Of a stretch of 64,000 nt of DNA, positions 10,962-19,596 are shown piece after piece; position 1 is the first letter of the stretch, and every line of letters begins with the position of its first letter. Position numbers and translations under genes: made by a program. Source of the stretch: an uncultured Gammaproteobacteria bacterium (GTDB taxonomy: Bacteria > Pseudomonadota > Gammaproteobacteria > Arenicellales > CALHMG01); contig CALHMG010000054.1 in NCBI GenBank assembly GCA_938034705.1, forward strand, positions 25,773-89,772, read 5' to 3'. Below the pieces are notes generated by a model, which saw only the letters and a program-made list of their open reading frames with translations, did no database searches and was not told the origin of the DNA.

Positions 10962-12047
10962 TCAGGCTGACGCGGTGAATTGCGCCAGCGTCTCTGCGAG
11001 GGCGTCGACGTCATAGTCGCTGACCAGTTCGGCCAGGCCGAACTCCCTCAGCAACACCAGGCGAATCGCGCCTCGTGCGACCTTCTTGTCCCGCGCCATC
11101 AGTCGCATGAAGTCTTCGCTCGCCATTGAAGCCGGGGGAACCACCGGCAGCCCAAAACGCTGGACCAGAGCCTGTACGCGTGCCGAGTCCGTGTCGCTGA
11201 TCCAGCCCAGTCGGGCGGACATGGAGGCCGCCATCACCATCCCGCAACCCACCGCCTCTCCATGCAGCCATTCACCGTAACCGACGGCGTTCTCGATCGC
11301 ATGTCCGAACGTGTGTCCAAAATTCAGAATCGCGCGCACATTCTGTTCACGCTCATCGCGCGATACAACATCCGCTTTGTTGCGACAGGACTGTTCGATG
11401 ATATGAACCAGAGCAGCGGGATCGCGATTGTCGATTGCCGACGCTTCGTCTTCCAGCCATTGGAAAAACTCCGGGTCGTTGATCGCACCGTACTTGATGA
11501 CCTCGGCCATCCCGGCGGCGAATTCCCGCGCCGGCAGTGTCTTCAGCGTGCCGACGTCGGTGATGACACTTGCAGGCTGGTGGAACACGCCGATCATGTT
11601 CTTGCCGGCCGGATGATTGACCGCTGTCTTGCCGCCGACAGAAGAATCCACCTGGGACAGCAACGTGGTCGGAATCTGCACGTAGGTTACGCCGCGCTGA
11701 TAGCAACCCGCCGCGAAACCCGCCATGTCGCCAACAACACCGCCGCCCAGAGCAACGATTGTCACGCCCCTGTCGCAGGGCACGTCGAGCAGCGTATCGA
11801 AGATTCCACTCGCTGTTTCCAGTGTTTTGAACGATTCGCCATCCGGCAGAACGTGAACTACAACTTCCCGGTCACCCAGAGAACGGGTCACGGTATCGAG
11901 GTACAGCGGCGCAATCGTTTCGTTGGTAACGATCAGAACCTGAAGCCCGGGAATGTGTTCGCCAAAGACGTTGGCGTCGTCAAGCAGGGAATCGCCGATC
12001 AGAATCGGATAGCTGCGCTCTCCGAGATCGACGGTGATTTTTTTCAT
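10962..12047 (-). CDS. aroB: 3-dehydroquinate synthase
   Basis: MKKITVDLGERSYPILIG..., nucleotide-binding GGGVVGDMAGFAA, and metal-ligand region FGHTFGHAIE. The start at 12047 gives an ATGA 4-nt overlap with the aroK stop. The track start at 12158 looks like an over-extension. Confidence 0.93.
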   Translation of the reverse strand: MKKITVDLGERSYPILIGDSLLDDANVFGEHIPGLQVLIVTNETIAPLYLDTVTRSLGDREVVVHVLPDGESFKTLETASGIFDTLLDVPCDRGVTIVALGGGVVGDMAGFAAGCYQRGVTYVQIPTTLLSQVDSSVGGKTAVNHPAGKNMIGVFHQPASVITDVGTLKTLPAREFAAGMAEVIKYGAINDPEFFQWLEDEASAIDNRDPAALVHIIEQSCRNKADVVSRDEREQNVRAILNFGHTFGHAIENAVGYGEWLHGEAVGCGMVMAASMSARLGWISDTDSARVQALVQRFGLPVVPPASMASEDFMRLMARDKKVARGAIRLVLLREFGLAELVSDYDVDALAETLAQFTASA

Positions 12048-12556
12048 GCGCCCTGCAGTTCTTTCGCGATGTCGCGCGCGACGCTGGCTGGTGAGCGATC
12101 GTCTGTCGGAAAAACGTGATCCGCTTCCTGGCGATAGACCGGGTCTCGCTCTTCCCACAGGGCTCGAAGAATTTGCTCCGGGTCGCCTTTTTCAAGCAGG
12201 GGTCGATTGCGGTTGTTGCGAACTCGCTTTACCTGGGTCGCCACGCTTGCGGAGAGATAGATGACCACCCCGTTCTTGCGCAAGGCACGTCGATTGTCTT
12301 CGTCCATAACGCTGCCACCACCCGTCGCGAGAACGATGTTGCTGCGCTGGACCAGTTCCGCAATCATCGAAATTTCGCGCGCGCGAAAGCCGTCCTCACC
12401 TTCGATGTCGAAGATCAGGGAAATGGTGGCGCCAGTGCGGTCTTCGATCTCGTGATCCGAGTCGACAAAGTCCATGGCGAGATGTCGAGCAAGCGCTTTG
12501 CCAATAGTCGACTTGCCGACCCCCATAGGGCCGATTAGATAAACGTTCTTCTTCAT
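12044..12556 (-). CDS. aroK: shikimate kinase
   Basis: 170 aa with P-loop GPMGVGKSTIGKALA. Conserved pilQ-aroK-aroB order. Confidence 0.95.
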   Translation of the reverse strand: MKKNVYLIGPMGVGKSTIGKALARHLAMDFVDSDHEIEDRTGATISLIFDIEGEDGFRAREISMIAELVQRSNIVLATGGGSVMDEDNRRALRKNGVVIYLSASVATQVKRVRNNRNRPLLEKGDPEQILRALWEERDPVYRQEADHVFPTDDRSPASVARDIAKELQGA

Positions 12557-12755
12557 TTTTGTTCTGTAGCGTCGCCCGGAATCGGGCGCGGGGGGATTAT
12601 GCCCGGAGATTGTGCCATCCGCACCTGTTTACTTTGCAGGCAATCCGGTTTTGACCCGGCGACAGGTTTCCGCCCCCTCATGTGATCAGGGCCGCGACAA
12701 CCGGAAGGTCGTCGCGGCCCTGTTTTCAAGGCAGATTCATTCCTGACCGGCAGCG

Positions 12756-15638
12756 CTATCGAAGGGCCAGCTGGGAATCCAGAATCTTGGGAGTCAGAAA
12801 GACCAGCAGTTCCTTACGCGCAGACTCTTTGGACTTACGCTTGAACAGGTTACCCAGAACCGGAATGTCTCCGAACAGCGGGACCTTGTTGACGTCCTCG
12901 GTGCTCGTCTCCTGATAGATACCACCGATCACGACGGTCTCGCCGTTTTCGAGCAATACCTGGGTCTGGACTTCTTTCTTGTCCTTGATGTTGACCGAGG
13001 TGTCCACAAAGACATCCTGCTTGATACGCACGTCGAGAACGACGCGATCGTCCGGCGTAATCTGTGGCTTGACCTGCAGCAGCAGTACCGCCTCATCCCG
13101 TGTCGGCTTGGTGTTAAAGCCACTCGGTGGGAAGACGCGCTCCTGACCCTGCTTGATGATCGCTTCCTGCTGGTTCGCAGTCATGATCTTCGGGCTGGCG
13201 ATGACCTTTCCTTTGCCGCTTGCTTCCAGAGCCGAGATCTCAAGTGAGATCAGGTGCAGGAAGCCAGCGCCGTACTTCTGAATGACGGCACCAATCTGTC
13301 CTGCCGTCTCTGCGCCAATGCCTCGTGCCGGAAGGTTAACGTTCATACAGTCACCTTCCACACAGATCTCGTTATCGACTCGGATGCTGTGGGCATCCTG
13401 GCTGTTGCCGCCGATATAGACGTTACCGATGTTCGAATCACTCGCGCCAGGAAATCTGGCGTTCTCGGTGACGCGACCGTAGCCGAGCCTTGCTCCAAGC
13501 ACACGAGCAAAGTCATCACTGGCTTCGACGATACGTGTTTCGATAAGAACCTGGCGCACCGGCTTGTCGAGTTTCGCGATGAGCTTACGTACTTCGCGAA
13601 TTTTCGACGACGTGTCCTGCACAAGGATCGTGTTAGTACGCGCATCGATGGTCACCTGACCACGCGGACTGAGCAGCGTATTCGAGTTGGTTTCGACCTT
13701 GTCGATACTCACCGAACCGAAAGCTCCTGTCTCAACACCCGCCTGGACTGGCTCGATGGACTTGAGCAGCTCGGCGATGTCGTCGGCTTTTGCGTAATTG
13801 ATCTGAATCAGTTCTGAAACCAGGGGCTCAAGTTCAGCAACCTGCTTTGAAGCTTCAAGCTGCTGACGTTCCTTGGCGGCAATTTCCTGAGCCGGCGCGA
13901 CCCAGATCACGTTGCCTTTCTGGCGCATGGCCAGGCCTTTGGTCTGCAGAATGATGTCCAGCGCCTGATCCCACGGCACGTCCTGAAGACGCAGCGTGAG
14001 ACTGCCTTTGACGGCGTCACTGGTAACAAAGTTCAAACCGGTGAAGTCGGCGATAACCTGCAGTGCTGCACGAACGCTGATCTTCTGAAAGTTCAGCGAC
14101 AGCTTTTCGCCCGAGTAGCCGAACTCATCCTTGTTCTCTTCTGCTTCTTCTTCCGGAGAAATCGGCGTGACGTTCAGCGTGAACGTATTGCCCGACTGGT
14201 AGGCCAGCTGACGGTACTTGCCAATTGGAGTCACGACGATTCGGCCGTGCTGGCCCTGTGCAAACGCATCAATGCTCTGCACCGGTGTCGCGAAATCTAC
14301 AACGTCCAGACGACGCTCGAGCTCGGCCGGAATCGCGGTATCGATAAAGTCGATGAGGATCTCGCCGGACTGTTCCTTGACGTCCACACCAATTTTCGGG
14401 TCTGAAAGATCAACAATGATCTTGCCGCCACCGCTCTTGTCACGACGGAAGTCGATCTTGGTGATGCTGTGACTGGTTGGGCGTTCGGCACCGCTGGCAA
14501 ACTGCCGGGTTTTGACGCTCGATGCGCTGACGGCTTCGCCAGTCGCGGACTCAAGAATAATGATGATTCCGTCGTCCTGAATTTCTGTCTTGTATGCAAC
14601 CGGCTTTACCAGGTTGATGACCAGGCGCGTGCGATCCTGAGTTTCAATCGCAGCAACACTTTCCACCGCACCCGAGCCCACCTTGACGCTGTTCTGAGCG
14701 AGTCCGTTACCGGTGTTAAAGAAGTCCAGCGCAAGACGTGCTGGCTGGTTTGTCACGAACGCGCCGGGCTCATCGGGCCGGCCGTTCATTTTGAGATCGA
14801 TCTGTACACGACCACCTGCCAGAGCGCTGTATTGAACGTCCTGAATTACGAGCGGTCCACCGGCCATGCTGCCGGTCTGTGACATGTAGGGCTGATCCGA
14901 CGAAATCACCGATGACTCGGAGTACGTCGTCGCCATGTTATTCGATTCGGTTGTCACCACTACGTTCGGATCACTGGTGTAATTCGAGCTGTCGTAGTTT
15001 GTGTACGGAATGCTGTCCGCAGACACCGTTGTCGTCTCGTAGGTGTTGTAGGCAACCTGCTGAGCAGTGCCGTTAACGACCTCAGGAGTAACGACCGCGG
15101 TCTGACCCACCATCACCTGATCCGGCACGACCTGCTGCGCAGCGTTATAGGTCACCTCGTCGGTACTGATGTGCCCCGAACTGACCTGGGAAACAGCAGC
15201 CGGCACGATCGCCGCAGGTGCCGAAGCGGCAGCTGCCTGATATCCGCCCGCAGACATCGGTGGTGAAATGCGAAGACCGAATTCCGTTGGCGTCACCACA
15301 ACCTGTTCCGGTCGGGCAAGCAGGACGTCGATATGAACTCCTGTGTTGTCTTCGGCCATGTACGGGAAGATTCCCCTGATAGACCCACGACCGGGTATAT
15401 CAGCGGCTTCTCGCCCAAGCGTCGCGTTATCGAGTGTGACTCGTACGCGGTGCCCGTTGTCGAACACAGTAGTGCGATACGCAGGCGTGCCGTGTATGCG
15501 CACTCCTACAGTTGCATTATCGCCGCTGCCTTCCCAATAGACACCATCAAGCTCAGTCGAAGCATTGGCTGCGAGCGACAAACTCAAAGTTACTACGGCA
15601 AACGCGCGCGCGATCCATCGCGTCGGTTCAGTCTTCAT
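12756..15638 (-). CDS. pilQ: type IV pilus secretin PilQ (unusually long, 960 aa)
   Basis: Signal peptide, AMIN-like N-terminal modules, an N0/STN region (LNFQKISVRAALQVIADFTGLNFV) and a C-terminal secretin domain (VPLFGDIPVLGNLFKRKS). Last gene of pilMNOPQ. Confidence 0.95.
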   Translation of the reverse strand: MKTEPTRWIARAFAVVTLSLSLAANASTELDGVYWEGSGDNATVGVRIHGTPAYRTTVFDNGHRVRVTLDNATLGREAADIPGRGSIRGIFPYMAEDNTGVHIDVLLARPEQVVVTPTEFGLRISPPMSAGGYQAAAASAPAAIVPAAVSQVSSGHISTDEVTYNAAQQVVPDQVMVGQTAVVTPEVVNGTAQQVAYNTYETTTVSADSIPYTNYDSSNYTSDPNVVVTTESNNMATTYSESSVISSDQPYMSQTGSMAGGPLVIQDVQYSALAGGRVQIDLKMNGRPDEPGAFVTNQPARLALDFFNTGNGLAQNSVKVGSGAVESVAAIETQDRTRLVINLVKPVAYKTEIQDDGIIIILESATGEAVSASSVKTRQFASGAERPTSHSITKIDFRRDKSGGGKIIVDLSDPKIGVDVKEQSGEILIDFIDTAIPAELERRLDVVDFATPVQSIDAFAQGQHGRIVVTPIGKYRQLAYQSGNTFTLNVTPISPEEEAEENKDEFGYSGEKLSLNFQKISVRAALQVIADFTGLNFVTSDAVKGSLTLRLQDVPWDQALDIILQTKGLAMRQKGNVIWVAPAQEIAAKERQQLEASKQVAELEPLVSELIQINYAKADDIAELLKSIEPVQAGVETGAFGSVSIDKVETNSNTLLSPRGQVTIDARTNTILVQDTSSKIREVRKLIAKLDKPVRQVLIETRIVEASDDFARVLGARLGYGRVTENARFPGASDSNIGNVYIGGNSQDAHSIRVDNEICVEGDCMNVNLPARGIGAETAGQIGAVIQKYGAGFLHLISLEISALEASGKGKVIASPKIMTANQQEAIIKQGQERVFPPSGFNTKPTRDEAVLLLQVKPQITPDDRVVLDVRIKQDVFVDTSVNIKDKKEVQTQVLLENGETVVIGGIYQETSTEDVNKVPLFGDIPVLGNLFKRKSKESARKELLVFLTPKILDSQLALR

Positions 15639-15748
15639 TTTTTATTTCCAGCGTCAGTTGCATCCCACGCGGCACGACATATTCCTTATGCCAAACCAGC
15701 GCACGACTCGCGAGTTAAAACTTTGCTCTTGTAATAATTTGGACCTTC

Positions 15749-16288
15749 CTAGTCCGTATCAGCAGCAAGTCCCGCATCGCGTTCGATCCAGTTACCGTTG
15801 GGTCCCTGAACCAGTTCCCTCACACCGATCTTCTCTTCGCTGATATCAACGATTTCACCGAAGTTCTGACCGAGATGATTACCTTCTTTCGCTCGATGGA
15901 TAGTTCCATCGGGTGCTCGCAGAATTACCCACGAGGTTTCGTCCTTGAAAAGTGTGCCGACCATCGACAGCGAATCGAGCGGGTATTGCTCAAGAGGCTC
16001 TTTGCGTCGATCAAAGTCAGGCGTCGGGCCACCAACGTTGGGGCCAGGCTTGCGCCGCTCCAGATTCACCTTGGCAAAGGGATCGGGCAGGCTCATTGCG
16101 TTGTATACGAACGTCTCATGCGGAGGAATCACAGGCAGAGGCTCAACCTCCGGCTTGTGGTTCTTGAACTGAGCATCGGTCCAGCGCTGCAACTCTTTCA
16201 TGTCGCGGTCAACACAGCCGGTCAGCGCCACCAGGGCGACCAAACCTGCTGCGGCTCTGGCCATCGCTTTTTTCGTATGCATGTACAT
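15749..16288 (-). CDS. pilP: type IV pilus inner-membrane lipoprotein PilP
   Basis: Lipobox ALTGC, about 175 aa, positioned between pilO and pilQ. Confidence 0.85.
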   Translation of the reverse strand: MYMHTKKAMARAAAGLVALVALTGCVDRDMKELQRWTDAQFKNHKPEVEPLPVIPPHETFVYNAMSLPDPFAKVNLERRKPGPNVGGPTPDFDRRKEPLEQYPLDSLSMVGTLFKDETSWVILRAPDGTIHRAKEGNHLGQNFGEIVDISEEKIGVRELVQGPNGNWIERDAGLAADTD

Positions 16289-16405
16289 CGTTCGAGACTC
16301 TTAAATATTCGTTTCGCTTAACTTCAAGCTTGCTGCTTCCACGACCCGCAACAGCTGACCACCCCTGAGGTCGTGCCGTGCCAACCGGTCGTGCTCTATC
16401 GTTCG

Positions 16406-17065
16406 TTACTTCTTCTTTTTCTTCTTTTTCTTTTTGCCACGACCCGCGGTTTTTTCTTCCATCGCGCGACGCTTGTCGATCTCATCCTGATCGAGGTAGT
16501 GATATGTGTTCGTGATCGCCGTCATGCCGAGAACAGATTCGTTGTCCTTTTCCGGCAGGATGTCGATGTTGCCGAGGGTCACGATCCTCGGCAGCGCCGC
16601 AAGATCACTGACAAACTCAGCCAGCTGGTGATAGTCCCCAACCACTTTCAGGTTGATGGGCAGCTCGGCATAAAAATCCTTGTAGACCTTGTCCTGGGGC
16701 TTGAACAGAACAAACTCGAGGCCACGCTGCAGTCCCGCCTGGGTGATATCCACCAGCAGTTCGGGAACCTCCGTCTTGTTTGGAAGCTGACGAAGCATCA
16801 CGTCAAAACTTTCACGCATTTCTTCCATCTGCTTTCTGTAAGCGGGAAGGTTCACGGCGAGCCGCTTCTTCTGCTTGAACGTTTCTTTGAGCTCGGCTTC
16901 CTTTCGCTCAAGCCGCTCGAGGTCTTCGGTTTGTTTCTTGATCAGAAAAAACCAGCCGGCTACTGCAATACATACGCAAATGACAAACGCTCCAAAGAAC
17001 TTGAGCCCGGCGGGCCAGGTTTTCAGATCCTTCGCGTCAACATTGCTTAAATCAGGCGTTCGCAT
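16406..17065 (-). CDS. pilO: type IV pilus alignment protein PilO, with a C-terminal K9 tail
   Basis: One TM helix (FFGAFVICVCIAVAGWFFLI), a coiled coil and a PilO-like C-terminal domain, in the pilMNOPQ position. Ends ...GRGKKKKKKKKK. Confidence 0.85.
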   Translation of the reverse strand: MRTPDLSNVDAKDLKTWPAGLKFFGAFVICVCIAVAGWFFLIKKQTEDLERLERKEAELKETFKQKKRLAVNLPAYRKQMEEMRESFDVMLRQLPNKTEVPELLVDITQAGLQRGLEFVLFKPQDKVYKDFYAELPINLKVVGDYHQLAEFVSDLAALPRIVTLGNIDILPEKDNESVLGMTAITNTYHYLDQDEIDKRRAMEEKTAGRGKKKKKKKKK

Positions 17066-17109
17066 TCGTACTTACCGTAATAATCCTTGTAAGGCTCCGC
17101 TGAGCCGTA

Positions 17110-17733
17110 TCAACCCTGGGTGCCGCGCTTCTTGCGCTTGGGCTTTTTGCCCTTGGCTTCGGTTGTTTCCTGTTTTTCGTCCTTAATCGACGTCTGCTTC
17201 ACCTTGAGATTGAACTTGCTGACACGCGCACCGCTCTCGTTACCGTCAGTCACGTTAATGACATCCAGGTTGGCCGCGGTGAACCATTCAGACGATTCAA
17301 GATTGCGCATCAAGGAGGAAACACGCGCGTTCGACTGTGCGTACCCCTCGATAGTCATGTCGCGGTTGAGTTTCTTCAGCTTGGTGAAATAGACGCCTTT
17401 GGGGAGCTTTCTCACCATGTCATCAAAAACATGGACAACCTGTGTTCGGTCACGCTGCAGCTGCTGAATGATTTCCATTCGTGCAATCAGGTGATCCTTC
17501 TGCTTTCGAATTTCGTTGATCTCTTTGATCTCGTCTTCGACTTCGGCAATCTTTTTCTGAAGGAACGTGTTGCGCTCGTTTTGATAATCGATGCGGCCAC
17601 TCATCCAGAGAAAGGAAAGACCTACGGCAAGAGCAGTCAGCACCCACAGTGCTGCGCTGACGCCGAGAATTTTCTTGTCCTGCTCACGTCGCGCAATGTC
17701 GCGCCATGGCAGCAGGTTAATGCGAGTAGACAT
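17110..17733 (-). CDS. pilN: type IV pilus alignment protein PilN
   Basis: N-terminal INLLPWR motif, a single TM helix and a coiled coil. TGATG 1-nt overlap with the pilM stop. Confidence 0.9.
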   Translation of the reverse strand: MSTRINLLPWRDIARREQDKKILGVSAALWVLTALAVGLSFLWMSGRIDYQNERNTFLQKKIAEVEDEIKEINEIRKQKDHLIARMEIIQQLQRDRTQVVHVFDDMVRKLPKGVYFTKLKKLNRDMTIEGYAQSNARVSSLMRNLESSEWFTAANLDVINVTDGNESGARVSKFNLKVKQTSIKDEKQETTEAKGKKPKRKKRGTQG

Positions 17734-18791
17734 CAGTCAAAACTCCTCAGTGCCAGACCGCAGGCAACCATCAGTGAGGGCGCGTCTCCGGTGAGCATCT
17801 TTGGCTTGATACGCGATGCGAGCGACATGCTGGCAAAAGGGTTCGCGATTGCTGTCGCGACACCCACGCGGTTTGCGATAGTTTCTTCAACGCCCGCGAT
17901 CTGCGCGCAGCCGCCCGCCAGCATGACGTGGTCAACGCTGTTGAACGGTGACGAGGAATAGAAAAACTGCAGAGCCCGGGTCGTTTCCTGGCACATCGCC
18001 TCAATGAAAGGCTGCAGAATGTCGGACTGATAGTTGTCGGGAAGCCCGCCAACTTTCTTCGCGAGACCGGCTTCCTCATACGAGAGGCCGTAACGTCGCT
18101 GAATTTCTTCGGTGAGCTGCTTGCCGCCAAACGCGTGGTCGCGTGTGTAAACAGATCGATTGTTGTGCATCACGTTCATGTGTGTGGTGGTTGCACCAAA
18201 ATCGAGAACGGCAACGGTCTTGTCCATCCCGCCGCCGATGGCGTCCGCGACAATTGCATACGCTGCCTCGACCGCAAACGCGTCAACATCGACAACCGTG
18301 GCATCAAGACCAGGTCGTTCAATAACGGCGACATAGTCATCGACGATCTCTTTACGGCATGCCGCGATGAGTACTTCGTCATCGTTCGGATTCGCTTCAG
18401 ACGGACCGAGTACCTCGAAGTCGAGGTTAACTTCCTCGAGGGGATACGGAATGTAGTGGTCGGCCTCCATCTCGATCTGGGACTCGAGCTCCTGCTCTTT
18501 CATGCCGCCCGGCATCGTGATGGTTTTGGTGATGACATGAGATGACGACACCGCGACCGCCGCATGCCTGCACTTGCTGCCGGAGCGCTTGAGCGCGCGA
18601 TCAACCGCGCGACCTACCTGCTCAACGTCGGCGATGGCGTTCTCCACAACCGCGTTCTGCGGCAGTGGCTCAACGGTGTACCGTTCAACCCGGTAGTGGT
18701 CTCCGCTCTTGGAAAGCTCGAGCAACTTCACCGCGGACGCGCTGATGTCGATACCAACCAGATCAGACTTCTTGCTGCTGAAAAGCCCCAC
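17733..18791 (-). CDS. pilM: type IV pilus assembly ATPase-fold protein PilM (GTG start at 18791 preferred; the track start at 18881 is possible)
   Basis: Actin-like fold, with LVGIDISASAVKLLELS near the N-terminus. The 352-aa length from 18791 matches typical PilM. Confidence 0.88.
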   Translation of the reverse strand: MGLFSSKKSDLVGIDISASAVKLLELSKSGDHYRVERYTVEPLPQNAVVENAIADVEQVGRAVDRALKRSGSKCRHAAVAVSSSHVITKTITMPGGMKEQELESQIEMEADHYIPYPLEEVNLDFEVLGPSEANPNDDEVLIAACRKEIVDDYVAVIERPGLDATVVDVDAFAVEAAYAIVADAIGGGMDKTVAVLDFGATTTHMNVMHNNRSVYTRDHAFGGKQLTEEIQRRYGLSYEEAGLAKKVGGLPDNYQSDILQPFIEAMCQETTRALQFFYSSSPFNSVDHVMLAGGCAQIAGVEETIANRVGVATAIANPFASMSLASRIKPKMLTGDAPSLMVACGLALRSFD

Positions 18792-19596
18792 TCGGACCCC
18801 CGTTTTGGCAGTAGCGTCAGCGCCACTGCGACAATAAAATTCGATGTTCAGACCGGGTCCCGGCAGCACCTTATCCAGCACCTGACCAGGACCACAATTT
18901 ATTCTTTTAAATCAGATGCTTAGAGACCAAAAATACGGTTCACGCGCACCTGAAATCAAATATAGTTGAAGGTCAACGATATTGACAGGATTCTGTCCGG
19001 CCACTCGTCGGCCCTATAAAACAAGGGGTTCTGGCACTTTCGAGGCTCTCGGCATGCGTGCGCGTCACGGCTGCATCGTCCTCGTCAGACGATCGACCCT
19101 GTCCCACGGTCACACAGTCGCAGGCCCTTGCAGAATTCATCCAGACCTTCCCCATACCTGCCCCACACCTGCCCCATGCCGTGACTGCAATATCCGCCAG
19201 CGGACCCGGATACCGGGTCAGCCACCGACTGAACGTCTCCTGCCGACAACTAAGTCGAACATTTGTTACGGACCCGGACACACCTTGCCCGGACCGGATA
19301 ACATGGGCATCAGGTTAAAACTGACGCCCGGCAGACGCTGATCAGCCAGCATCAGACAGCCCTTTCGCTAACGATTCAACAGACGATTCCTGTGACCGCT
19401 TTGCCTTCTCAAGCTTTCCTTCCCCCGACTGAACATCGCGCCGCCTCCAATTCAGCGTCAACGATCGTTTCAGTCGTGTATTCAGTGTTGACGGGGCTTG
19501 GACCGCTGTCGAGTCTGTTCGTCGACAGGCCCGTCTGTGCGCCGGCCGTCGTGCCCTGCCACATTACCGCCAAAAGTGAAGGACAATAAGCGCACT

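Noticed and set aside
12689-12726. Strong GC hairpin (GGGCCGCGAC ... GTCGCGGCCC) between pilQ and aroK, a possible pilQ terminator
   Set aside because: The T-tract (TGTTTT) follows the hairpin on the plus strand, whereas pilQ and aroK are on the minus strand. On the gene strand there is no U-run, and pilQ-aroK-aroB are usually co-transcribed. It may be a stabilising stem or an antisense terminator, so I did not call it as a feature.
19032-19046. Stand-alone sigma-54 promoter call (TGGCAC-N5-AGGC)
   Set aside because: The -24 element is perfect, but the -12 element keeps only the GC dinucleotide. It lies about 550 nt from ponA and no activator site is evident. I kept it only as a detail within the intergenic finding.
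18973-19589. ORFs in the pilM-ponA gap (18973..19281-, 18982..19341+, 19058..19318+, 19392..19589+)
   Set aside because: They have no Shine-Dalgarno, are rich in Cys/Arg/Pro, and overlap one another. I treat the region as non-coding, and it is reported as a finding.
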